This document shows, piece after piece, positions 1 through 8,271 of a stretch of DNA of 33,528 nt (position 1 is its first letter; the number at the start of each line of letters is the position of its first letter). Below the pieces are notes generated by a model. It saw only the letters and a list, made by a program, of their open reading frames with translations, made no database searches and had not been told where the DNA came from. This stretch comes from an uncultured virus (IMG/VR IMGVR_UViG_3300042975_000104) (taxonomy: Duplodnaviria; Heunggongvirae; Uroviricota; Caudoviricetes), in the IMG/VR virus record IMGVR_UViG_3300042975_000104; one strand, written 5' to 3'. Both the position numbers and the translations under genes were made by a program.

Positions 1-194
1 GTCTGTTCGATGCTTTTAGCCGTCCGTTTCTGTATCCGTTCATGTTCCGTCAGCTTGTCTGACAAGCCGCTAACCGATTGTTTCGCCGCGGCCATCTGGG
101 CCTTCATGGTTCCCAGACTGGCATTGACGCTACGCACGGTCGGCGTGAATAAATCCCGCAGCCGAATAGCGGCATCGATGACGTTGTTAGCCAT
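1..194 (-). CDS. Tail tape measure protein, N-terminal part (runs off window)
   Basis: ATG at 194 preceded by AAGGTGA. Open frame MANNVIDAAIRLRDLFTPTVRSVNASLG... to the window edge; follows the tail assembly chaperone. Not in the ORF track. Confidence 0.8.
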   Translation of the reverse strand, partial: MANNVIDAAIRLRDLFTPTVRSVNASLGTMKAQMAAAKQSVSGLSDKLTEHERIQKRTAKSIEQ

Positions 195-344
195 GCTGTC
201 TCACCTTACTTTCCTTCAGCTTATTAAAATAGCAATATATATTATATTTATTGTGACAATCTATCGTATTTTATAAGAACGTTATATAATATAATAAATA
301 ATTTTATTGGTACTATTTATTTGTAGAAAGGATTGTGATGTATT

Positions 345-779
345 ATGAAATCTACATTGAAGAAGATAACCGCCGCCATTATTCTTTCATGTATTTGTTA
401 TGTGCCTCTAAGTAGTCAGGCGTATTCATATCCAAAACATTTATATGGAAATGATCAAATTCAATTGGCATGGGGACATATGGGAACAGGTGCTTACATT
501 GATAAAACATCTGTCGTAAATGAAATCTATGACCCGCCATACTATAAATTAGCGGCAAATGTGATTCATTATGATTGGGACACGAATAAAGAATATTCAG
601 TAGAAACCAACTATTATGAATATAATACAAATACCGGTGCAATCTATATAACAAGCCCTAGAGGAACATGGGGTCCATATTATGATCGTCCCAGAACAAA
701 TACTTCTAGTAATCAACGTTCTGTAGAAGAAGCAAAAATCGTATGGAAAACTGTATATGGAATGAATTGGAAATGGTGA
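345..779 (+). CDS. Secreted hypothetical protein (moron)
   Basis: AT-rich, opposite strand to tail genes, RBS GAAAGGA, N-terminal signal peptide MKSTLKKITAAIILSCICYVPLSSQA, own terminator. Confidence 0.85.
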   Translation: MKSTLKKITAAIILSCICYVPLSSQAYSYPKHLYGNDQIQLAWGHMGTGAYIDKTSVVNEIYDPPYYKLAANVIHYDWDTNKEYSVETNYYEYNTNTGAIYITSPRGTWGPYYDRPRTNTSSNQRSVEEAKIVWKTVYGMNWKW

Positions 780-808
780 TACTAGCCCTACATATGAATT
801 GATATGTT

Positions 809-843
809 AATCCGCTCCTTAACTACAAAGGAGCGGATTTTTT
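809..843 (+). terminator. Intrinsic terminator of the 345-779 moron
   Basis: 12-bp stem AATCCGCTCCTT / AAGGAGCGGATT followed by a T run. Confidence 0.85.
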
Positions 844-990
844 ATTTTCTTCCATCTCATACCGCACAAAGGCATACAGCACCTGCCGTTCCCCATATCC
901 GAGTTTCATGACCTCCGACGGCAGCAGGTGATGATTCCTAAAAAGGAAGTACATCGCCTGCACTTCGCCATTGGTCTGAATCAGTTTTTT
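823..990 (-). CDS. -1 frameshift extension of tail assembly chaperone (gpGT-like)
   Basis: Slippery A-AAA-AAC (990..984) directly before the chaperone TGA. The -1 frame reads KLIQTNGEVQAMYFLFRNHHLLPSEVMKLGYGERQVLYAFVRYEMEENKKSAPL to TAG at 823. Confidence 0.8.
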   Translation of the reverse strand, partial: KKLIQTNGEVQAMYFLFRNHHLLPSEVMKLGYGERQVLYAFVRYEMEENKKSAPL

Positions 991-1397
991 ACGGCTTCAT
1001 CCGCTTTTTTCTGGGTAGTGTAGCCGTTGAGTTCAGTAATCTGTGCTGTAAGGTCAGCAATCTCACCCGCCAGAAACAGTTTACGGATAATATCTGCCGG
1101 CAGGGTTGCCCCGAATTTTTCCATCAACTCTTTGTTCTTGAAATCCGGGTCGGCAATCCCCGCCAAGAGCGTCTGGGTCTGCATCCGGTAGATATCCACG
1201 TCATCGGCATTGCCATTGGTGAAATCTACGGCCATCTTCTGGATGTCGGCATAGCGTTCCGGGTCGATAGCCCGGAGCGTGATAACGAAATCAAAGCCGA
1301 ACAGCTTGCTCAGCCGCTCCATCTTCACTTTTTTCGTGGGCCGTTCGGCCAGCTTGTTCACTACGTCTGCTTTCAGCAGCCTGTCTACCATATTCAT
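981..1397 (-). CDS. Tail assembly chaperone, XkdN-like
   Basis: 138 aa, downstream of tail tube; motifs DPDFKNKELME and KLFLAGEI are typical of the XkdN family. Confidence 0.85.
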   Translation of the reverse strand: MNMVDRLLKADVVNKLAERPTKKVKMERLSKLFGFDFVITLRAIDPERYADIQKMAVDFTNGNADDVDIYRMQTQTLLAGIADPDFKNKELMEKFGATLPADIIRKLFLAGEIADLTAQITELNGYTTQKKADEAVKN

Positions 1398-1410
1398 AGT
1401 CGATTTCTCC

Positions 1411-1839
1411 TTATGCTAAATCCAGTAAATCCCAGTCCGAGAAGGTGAAGCTGTAACTTTCTTCGCCCATCTTATCTACTTCCCAATCCGCCAGAATCAG
1501 GCTGTCGAAGGTCGCGTCCTTGATGACGATACGTTCACTGCCGATAGCATCCTTATCATCCAGGACGGAAACGATAGTTACTACCGTCTGCTTGCCCGCT
1601 TTGATGTTATCGTTCATCTTTTTGATCATGTAACTCGACACTTTATGGAGCTTCAGTTCGCCCTTGCAGTCATACCCCGTGACCTTGTAGCCCTTGCCCA
1701 CATGGCGAAGCATCTTCACTTCTTCCTTGGTCAGCGTAACCTCGGCTTTAAAGGCTGTGGCTTCGGCCATCAGGTCACCGTCGATATAGAGGTCGGCGTA
1801 CTTGCCGTTCATGACCCGTTTGGCTTCCATGCTGTTCAT
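1411..1839 (-). CDS. Tail tube protein, XkdM-like
   Basis: 142 aa; KRVMNGKY...LILADWE...EESYSFTFSDW pattern; follows sheath. Confidence 0.88.
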   Translation of the reverse strand: MNSMEAKRVMNGKYADLYIDGDLMAEATAFKAEVTLTKEEVKMLRHVGKGYKVTGYDCKGELKLHKVSSYMIKKMNDNIKAGKQTVVTIVSVLDDKDAIGSERIVIKDATFDSLILADWEVDKMGEESYSFTFSDWDLLDLA

Positions 1840-1852
1840 ACTGCCTCACCTC

Positions 1853-2935
1853 CTAGATATGAATAGTTACCGTCACGTCTTCCATGGCATCCAGGAGCGA
1901 CGCTTTGACGGCGATGAACACATTGCTTCCGATATTGGCCAGCTTGATGTCCATTTCGGACATGTCAGCCAGTTCCGCTTTGGTATATTTGCCGTTGGAT
2001 TCCAGCCAGATCTTCGTGGATTCCACATCGATATAGGCGGTATTCTGGTCCTGTTCCAACAGACCTTCCTGAGCCAATTGGTCGAGGTAACCCTGAATGG
2101 CCGTTACCAGTAGGCAGCGGTTCGCATAGCTGTTGGCATACTTTCCGAGGTAATGGTCCTGGGCCGTCGTGCGGATATCATCATGCATCATATCCATCAA
2201 ATCCACGAGCTTGATTTTCTGAAAGCTCGTTCCTTTGTCCTGGACGGTAGTCACCAGGGAGTTGATGCCCCGGGCCAGTTTCACCTTTTCGCCGTCAAAG
2301 AAGAAGAACAGCTTCCCGGCACCGGCCATGGTATCCATTTCCTCTTTCGTCCACACATCACAGCCGATGACTTCCGGCAGCGGCGCGTAGGTGCAGGAAA
2401 TCGTCATGGGCGTCCCGGCGATAATGCCGGCAATGCGGCTGCAGTACTGCGCTGTCGTATATGTCTTTGTCTTAGTCTGGATCGTTTTGTTGACAAAGTT
2501 GATGACACCTTCCGTGTCTGCCGTACAGTCCGGCAGCACAGCCTTTATCATCTTGTCCTTATTGGTACGCATCCCTTTGACCCAAGTGGCGATGGTGTCA
2601 ATATGCGACGTTTCAATATCCGGGATAACCAGATAATCGAAGCGTTTATTTTCAATAACCTTCAGGATATCTGTATAGTCTTCCGTCTCGCTGCTGATGA
2701 TTTCGGCGATGACCTTCTTCGGACTGTTCACATAGCCCCGGAGCGCCAGTTCCAGCTGTTCCCGGTTGCTGTCCGACAATTCCTTGGGAATATCATCTGC
2801 CGTATACAAGTTCGTCTCCGTTTCTGAAGGCAGCGTTTCTTCCTTCAGGATCATCAGGATAATGCCGCGTTCACTGCGCTCAATAGCGCTGATGCCTTTT
2901 TCCTTGAATACGACATTAATGGATGGCATTTTCAT
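1853..2935 (-). CDS. Tail sheath protein (XkdK-like)
   Basis: 360 aa; MPSINVVFKEKG start, RIAGIIAG, ARGINSLVT, KIKLVDLMD, YLGKYANSY motifs. Confidence 0.9.
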   Translation of the reverse strand: MKMPSINVVFKEKGISAIERSERGIILMILKEETLPSETETNLYTADDIPKELSDSNREQLELALRGYVNSPKKVIAEIISSETEDYTDILKVIENKRFDYLVIPDIETSHIDTIATWVKGMRTNKDKMIKAVLPDCTADTEGVINFVNKTIQTKTKTYTTAQYCSRIAGIIAGTPMTISCTYAPLPEVIGCDVWTKEEMDTMAGAGKLFFFFDGEKVKLARGINSLVTTVQDKGTSFQKIKLVDLMDMMHDDIRTTAQDHYLGKYANSYANRCLLVTAIQGYLDQLAQEGLLEQDQNTAYIDVESTKIWLESNGKYTKAELADMSEMDIKLANIGSNVFIAVKASLLDAMEDVTVTIHI

Positions 2936-3380
2936 GTTTCGTTGTCTCCTTTCCCCGATACCGCTGATGCAGTACCCTCATGATTTCAGCGGCTTCCGTT
3001 TCATCGGCGGAGTCATAATACTGGATGGTCAGCGTCACCCGTCCGCCGTCGTTATCCTGTCCAATGAGTTCTTCACTCAGACTCATGACAGCAAAAAACC
3101 TGTCCTGGACGGCAATCCCGTCACGGAACAGGTCTTCAACGGCAGCCAGTACTCCATATATGGATGTGCTGGCCGCCTGTTTCTGTGGTATATAAGTAAT
3201 GTAAATATCCGTATCCCGGTATACGTCCTTATCGCCTTGCGGCGAAGTTACGGTCATGGACTTCAGGAAAAATGCCGGCGGCCTGAATCCTTCCTTCACT
3301 TCCTGCAGGTACACGGGATACGGGAACTGTTCTTTCAGTTTCTGCTGTACAGCCTGCAGGATGTCGATGTCGTGAATCAT
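2916..3380 (-). CDS. Tail terminator/completion protein
   Basis: 154 aa between HK97 gp10-like gene and sheath; EVKEGFRPPAFF motif. Confidence 0.7.
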   Translation of the reverse strand: MIHDIDILQAVQQKLKEQFPYPVYLQEVKEGFRPPAFFLKSMTVTSPQGDKDVYRDTDIYITYIPQKQAASTSIYGVLAAVEDLFRDGIAVQDRFFAVMSLSEELIGQDNDGGRVTLTIQYYDSADETEAAEIMRVLHQRYRGKETTKHENAIH

Positions 3381-3796
3381 AAGCCGCCTGCTTTCTTGAT
3401 AAGTTTCTTCGTGAGCTTTTCCAGGCCGGGCTGCAAGTCCTGAGATGCAAACAGCTTCATGGCTTTTTCCGTGTAGTGCTGACCTTCGTAATAGCCTACG
3501 GTCCTGCCGCCAGGCGTTTTCTTGACATGCCCGTTGTTCAGCAGGTGATGGACCGGATGCCTGTTCGTCAGTTCATAGGTCAGCTCCGAACCGTTATAGC
3601 CCGTTATCTTGTGTTTCCATCCCTTCTTCAGCTTGCCCGTACTGCCTTCTGGGGTCTGATTCACACATTCCTTCTTCAGTTTGTTGCCAATCGTTACCAG
3701 CCCCTTTTCGGCCGTTCCTGGAAATTCTTCAATCGTAGAGAGCAGTTTGCCGGACAGCTCGTCTATTCCCTGGATATCCAAATCACCTCTGCTCAT
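3377..3796 (-). CDS. HK97 gp10-family tail/neck protein
   Basis: TPEGSTGKLKKGW and HLLNNGH motifs; start moved to MSRG at 3796 (downstream of a GGGGCAGGA RBS-like sequence). Confidence 0.8.
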   Translation of the reverse strand: MSRGDLDIQGIDELSGKLLSTIEEFPGTAEKGLVTIGNKLKKECVNQTPEGSTGKLKKGWKHKITGYNGSELTYELTNRHPVHHLLNNGHVKKTPGGRTVGYYEGQHYTEKAMKLFASQDLQPGLEKLTKKLIKKAGGL

Positions 3797-4124
3797 CGTC
3801 CTGCCCCCTGATTTCTTCCGTACAATACAGTTCCAGGGATTCATGGCGCATATACGGGTCTACTATCGTATCGATGTCATACAGGTGATCCTGATACTTC
3901 ACCTTCATGTCGTGGGTAATGCCAGGCCGCCAACGGATGGTGATTTTACTGTATTCCGTATCCGCCTTGCGCTCCATTTCATAGAACACCTTGCCCCTGG
4001 CAGGCTCGATGGATGCCCAGCAGGTACAATGAACCACATCTTGTAACGTATCGAATCCCAAATCGTCAGTCTGCGCTTTCCGGCTGATAATCTGCACTCT
4101 CTTGTTAAGTTTCCCCACCTGCAT
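3783..4124 (-). CDS. Head closure / head-tail adaptor (SPP1 gp16-like)
   Basis: MQVGKLNKRVQI...CWASIEP...KITIRWRPGITHDM; start at 4124 after RBS AAGGGGAG. Confidence 0.85.
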   Translation of the reverse strand: MQVGKLNKRVQIISRKAQTDDLGFDTLQDVVHCTCWASIEPARGKVFYEMERKADTEYSKITIRWRPGITHDMKVKYQDHLYDIDTIVDPYMRHESLELYCTEEIRGQDDEQR

Positions 4125-4138
4125 TGCACTCTCCCCTT

Positions 4139-4420
4139 TCAAAAGCGGCTGCGCCGCACACCGAACAGCAGCCACCGCAACATCTTCAACAGTCCGGAAT
4201 AATCCGCTTCTTCCCGGTGTTCATACAAAAAAGCGGCAGCATACAGAATGGCTTCGTGGAATACGACCGGGTTTTCTTCGGCATCCGCTTCCTCGCAGCG
4301 GGCCAGGTCCAGACACAGCGACTGGGCCGTTTCCAGGGATGACAGGATGACATCATCATTCGATGTGTCATCCTCATCAATCCGCAGATATTCCCTGGCC
4401 TCTTCCAGGCTGACCAGCAT
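4139..4420 (-). CDS. Head-tail connector (HK97 gp6-like)
   Basis: VSLEEAREYLRID...AILYAAAFLYEHRE motif directly after the capsid gene. Confidence 0.88.
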   Translation of the reverse strand: MLVSLEEAREYLRIDEDDTSNDDVILSSLETAQSLCLDLARCEEADAEENPVVFHEAILYAAAFLYEHREEADYSGLLKMLRWLLFGVRRSRF

Positions 4421-4423
4421 GGT

Positions 4424-5614
4424 TTAGGCCTTCGCTTTCACTTCGAGCGCCTTGACCGCTTCCTGAAGCATCAGCATGCCATCAACGCGCTGGCTGGCGA
4501 GGAAACCAATCTGGCCGTTGGCAGCATACAGTTCGTTGAGGCGCTTGAAGGAGCGGGATTCTCTGTCGGCAATCCAGTAATAACTGAAGTCGCCAAAGAG
4601 AACCGGGCGGTTGCCAGCAGCCAGTTCAGGCGCAAAGGATGTGCTGTAGCAAGGGCGGTTCAGAATGGTATCCGGCGTCCCCGCCGTGACGGACGGCTGC
4701 CAGATGTAATTGCCATTGGTGTCCTTGACCTTGCGCAGAGACTTGATGGTGGAATCATTCAGGAGCCATACGGCCTTGCGACGATACGGAATACGAAGGG
4801 AATGGTACAAATCGATGACATCATCGAAAGTGATAGACGCCCCATTGGTAGTGACACCTAATTCCGCAGACGGGAACACGCCGGTCGGCTTGCTCTTTCC
4901 ATCACCGACAAGGAAGGCTTCTTCTTCCTTCGTGCCGATACGGCGGGCAAATTCACTAGAGATATAGCTTTCCAAATCGAAAGCGTTGTCATTCAGGAGT
5001 TCTTCCGAAACGCGGATGGCTGTCCCCAGTTTATAAGCGCCGATGGACTGCTGGCCGAAGGTGTCTTGGCTGTCCGGATACAGGCCATTTTCTTCCATCC
5101 AGGCGGCTTCGCCATGACCTGTTACGATAGGAATCTTACGGTCGCCGCTGGTATGGATGATCGTCGCCAGGCTGCGGAAGAAGTTCTCTTCCTGGAGTTT
5201 GTCGATGAGCTGATGCTCGAATTCATCCGGCACCAGATAGCCGCCATCGGCATCGGTACCTACGCTCAAGGCATTCTGCACATCAACGAAATTTTTATGC
5301 CGGATGCTGTCCCAGAAGGCCTTCTTGTAGGCGTTGGATGCACGGCCTTTCTTCTCATTTTCCGTCTGCGGAGCCCCTGGCTGTTCTGTAATGGGAATGG
5401 TGGTAGGCTTCGCCATTTCTGCATCCATACGCTGCTGGCGTTCCAGGCGGTCAATTTCCTTGCCCAGGTTCACCACATCTTCTTCCATCTTGTCGTAACG
5501 GGCGGCATCTTCGGCGGAAACCATTCCGTTGTCGTCACGCACCGTATCCAGGAAATTCTTGGCAGATTCCCAGAGGTTCTTTCTCTTTTCACGCAGTGCT
5601 AAAATCGTATCCAT
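4424..5614 (-). CDS. Major capsid protein, HK97 family
   Basis: 396 aa with N-terminal coiled-coil delta domain; DGGYLVPDEF, FLVGDGKSKPTG, LFGDFSYYWIADR, QRVDG motifs. Confidence 0.95.
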   Translation of the reverse strand: MDTILALREKRKNLWESAKNFLDTVRDDNGMVSAEDAARYDKMEEDVVNLGKEIDRLERQQRMDAEMAKPTTIPITEQPGAPQTENEKKGRASNAYKKAFWDSIRHKNFVDVQNALSVGTDADGGYLVPDEFEHQLIDKLQEENFFRSLATIIHTSGDRKIPIVTGHGEAAWMEENGLYPDSQDTFGQQSIGAYKLGTAIRVSEELLNDNAFDLESYISSEFARRIGTKEEEAFLVGDGKSKPTGVFPSAELGVTTNGASITFDDVIDLYHSLRIPYRRKAVWLLNDSTIKSLRKVKDTNGNYIWQPSVTAGTPDTILNRPCYSTSFAPELAAGNRPVLFGDFSYYWIADRESRSFKRLNELYAANGQIGFLASQRVDGMLMLQEAVKALEVKAKA

Positions 5615-5629
5615 TATGTCTTCCTCCTA

Positions 5630-6334
5630 TCAATGAATGAGCAGTGCCAGCCGTTTTTCCAAATCAGCGGCTGGCACTTTCTGTAAGGGTTTCTTCGGTT
5701 TTAATTTCTGTACAAAAGAATTCGTTACGGTGACCGGGCTGTACAGCATAGCCTCCGGCTGTTCCTCTCTTTCTTTCTGGTCAAAGAGAATTTCATCGGC
5801 AAAGCCCAGTTCTACGGCTTTGCGGGCATTGAGCCAGGTTTCATTGTCCATCATATGGGCGATTTTCGTGCGGGCCAGGCCGCTCTTGATTTCATAGGCG
5901 TTGATGATGCTTTCTTTGACCTCGCTCAACATACCGATGGTCTTTTCCATCTCGGCCTTGTCCCCATAAGCCATGGTAGCTGGATTGTGAATCATCAGAA
6001 TCGCCACGGGCGACATACAGACTTTCATCCCGGCCATGGCAATGACCGAGGCCGCCGAAGCTGCCAGGCCATCAATCTTCACAGTGACATTTCCCGGATA
6101 CTCCATGAGCATGTTATAAATCTGAGCAGCCGCAAAGCAGTCACCGCCCGGGCTGTTGATCCAGAGGGTGATGTCGCCGCTGCCCGCATTCAGTTCTTCC
6201 TTGAAAGCCTTCGGTGTCACTTCATCGCCCCACCAGGTTTCGTCTGAAATCTGGCCATCAAGATACAGCGTCCGGTCGCTGCCAAAGGCATCGGGTGCTT
6301 CGTTAGTCACCCACCTCCAAAATTTATGTTTCAT
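5630..6334 (-). CDS. Prohead maturation protease, ClpP-like
   Basis: INSPGGD, GLAASAAS, MIHNP, ETWLNARKAVELGFAD; start moved to MKHKFW at 6334. Confidence 0.93.
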   Translation of the reverse strand: MKHKFWRWVTNEAPDAFGSDRTLYLDGQISDETWWGDEVTPKAFKEELNAGSGDITLWINSPGGDCFAAAQIYNMLMEYPGNVTVKIDGLAASAASVIAMAGMKVCMSPVAILMIHNPATMAYGDKAEMEKTIGMLSEVKESIINAYEIKSGLARTKIAHMMDNETWLNARKAVELGFADEILFDQKEREEQPEAMLYSPVTVTNSFVQKLKPKKPLQKVPAADLEKRLALLIH

Positions 6335-7580
6335 TCGTTTCTCCCTTCTGTGCAAAGGCCCCGGCATCCTTGAGCTTGGTCATGCTGCCGTTTACCAGGT
6401 ACAGGTTGCCGCCTTCCTCATCGGGTACGGGATTCATGTCTTCCATCTCCCTAATATCGTTGGCAGACAGCCAGCCATTTTGCCGGCCGATGCTGTACCC
6501 CGTCATGCGGCTTTCGTAGTCGCCGCGCATGAGGCCGTTCACGTTGAACTTGAGGAAATACTGCTTCTTCTCTTCTGGCAGGAACAGGGCTTTCTGCATG
6601 GCCTGTTCCCAACGGATGACCCAGGGGTCTAAGGTGTATTTCACAAATTCCATGGACTGCTGCTCGATATTATTGAAGGAACTTTTTTCCAAATCGCCAA
6701 TCATATGCGGCGGGATGCGGTAGAGCCGGGCAATCTCATCCAGCTGGAACTTCCGTGTTTCCAGGAACTGCGCTTCTTCCGGCGGGATGCCGATTTGCTG
6801 GTACTTCATGCCTTCTTCTAACACAGCTACCTTGTGGGCGTTGCCCGTCCCCCGATAGACAGCGTTCCAGGAATCCCGGACTTTAGCCGGATCTTTCAAA
6901 ACGCCTGGATGTTCCAGTACCCCGCTGGGACTAGCCCCGTTGGCAAAGAAAGACGCACCGTATTCCTCACAGGCCATGGTCATACCCACGGCATTGCGGG
7001 CCATGGCAATCGGCGAATATCCAACCAGACCATCAAAACCAAGGCCTGGGATGTGTAGCACTTCTTCCTTGGGCAAGGCTACCTGCCCATACGGCCTGAT
7101 GTTCGGATTCTCATCACTGGTCTTGGTGTACAGATAAAAAATCTTTTCCTGATTATCCCGGCACACGGTCATCTTATCCGGCCGTAGTGGATACAATCCT
7201 TGCACCCTTCCCAGGCGGTCACGGATAATCTGGGCGTAGGCGTTGCCCCAGATGAGCAGGTGGCTCATAAGCGTTTCCCTGAAGATGAACGATGTCATCT
7301 CCGGATTTGGCTCATCATGGAGCAGATGGTACAGCGGGTGGTCATAGACCCGTTCCTTGCCGCCCGACGTGTAGCGGTACATCTGGAGTGGCAGAGCCGC
7401 CAGGGTTTCCGCCAGAATACGCACACAGGCATACACGGCTGTAGTCTGCATGGCCGTGAACTCGTTCACCGTCTTGCCGCTCGTAGACAGACCAAACAGG
7501 TAACGGAAATCCGTGCCGATATAATAGTTCTGAGGCTTGTCCCTCGACTTAAATAACTGGGACAAGAATGGAATTTTCAT
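6324..7580 (-). CDS. Portal protein, HK97 family
   Basis: AVYACVRILAE, LLIWGNAY, VLEEGMKY, QFLETRKF, IARLYRIPP, SFNNIEQQ motifs. Confidence 0.95.
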   Translation of the reverse strand: MKIPFLSQLFKSRDKPQNYYIGTDFRYLFGLSTSGKTVNEFTAMQTTAVYACVRILAETLAALPLQMYRYTSGGKERVYDHPLYHLLHDEPNPEMTSFIFRETLMSHLLIWGNAYAQIIRDRLGRVQGLYPLRPDKMTVCRDNQEKIFYLYTKTSDENPNIRPYGQVALPKEEVLHIPGLGFDGLVGYSPIAMARNAVGMTMACEEYGASFFANGASPSGVLEHPGVLKDPAKVRDSWNAVYRGTGNAHKVAVLEEGMKYQQIGIPPEEAQFLETRKFQLDEIARLYRIPPHMIGDLEKSSFNNIEQQSMEFVKYTLDPWVIRWEQAMQKALFLPEEKKQYFLKFNVNGLMRGDYESRMTGYSIGRQNGWLSANDIREMEDMNPVPDEEGGNLYLVNGSMTKLKDAGAFAQKGETNET

Positions 7581-7643
7581 AAATTACCTCCTAAAAATGG
7601 GCGCAAAAAAGCACCTGCGATTTTTCTCACAGATGGAAACAAG

Positions 7644-7672
7644 TTGAAGGCCAATAAAAACTGTTTTAAAAT
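7644..7672 (+). promoter_or_regulatory. Putative sigma-A promoter of the metallopeptidase moron
   Basis: TTGAAG-N17-TAAAAT upstream of RBS AGGAGA and ATG 7708. Confidence 0.6.
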
Positions 7673-7707
7673 AATACTATTAGTACTATATCTTAGGAGA
7701 TGATACC

Positions 7708-8271
7708 ATGAAAATTTATGATGTACCCGGTTCTCCTTATCGGTTAATTCTGCACAACTATCCACCTGCCTCCAGTATAAAAGCATTATGTCAGCTAATG
7801 TCCCATAAAATTATCGGCCATATTTATGACAAAAAAAATCGCAAAAGAGTCACAGATATCGTATTAGATCAAGAAGAACTTATATATTCAAAGAATCGAC
7901 TTATTTGCACCAGCATCCCACCCAATTATCGTCCGTATATTTTAATTGGTAATATCCTTTTTGAAAGATTGATAGCAGAAAAACAGGAATGTCTATTTAT
8001 GATTTTTCATGAATTAGGCCATATTGTATTAAAGCATCATCAAAAATATGCACCCATAATGAAAGATAGAAAAAAGTTACCATCGGGAACCGTTATTCCC
8101 CCTGAAAGAGAAGCTGATGCCTTTGCCGCTCAGTTTTTAGGTACTAACTTAGCAATAAAAGCACTACAAGAACTATGGGATTCGCGCAGTCACGCCGTAG
8201 AACCTGAAATGCTTCATAAAAAAGCGCTGAAAGAAATAGAAGCACGTATCCAATTACTCAAAAAACAATAA
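7708..8271 (+). CDS. ImmA/IrrE-like HExxH zinc metallopeptidase (moron)
   Basis: FMIFHELGHIVLKH and downstream EREADAFAA motifs; AT-rich; opposite strand, 3' end overlaps terL 3' end. Confidence 0.75.
   Translation: MKIYDVPGSPYRLILHNYPPASSIKALCQLMSHKIIGHIYDKKNRKRVTDIVLDQEELIYSKNRLICTSIPPNYRPYILIGNILFERLIAEKQECLFMIFHELGHIVLKHHQKYAPIMKDRKKLPSGTVIPPEREADAFAAQFLGTNLAIKALQELWDSRSHAVEPEMLHKKALKEIEARIQLLKKQ

Noticed and set aside
10..276. Plus-strand 88-aa ORF
   Set aside because: Antisense to the tape measure start and runs into AT-rich promoter DNA.
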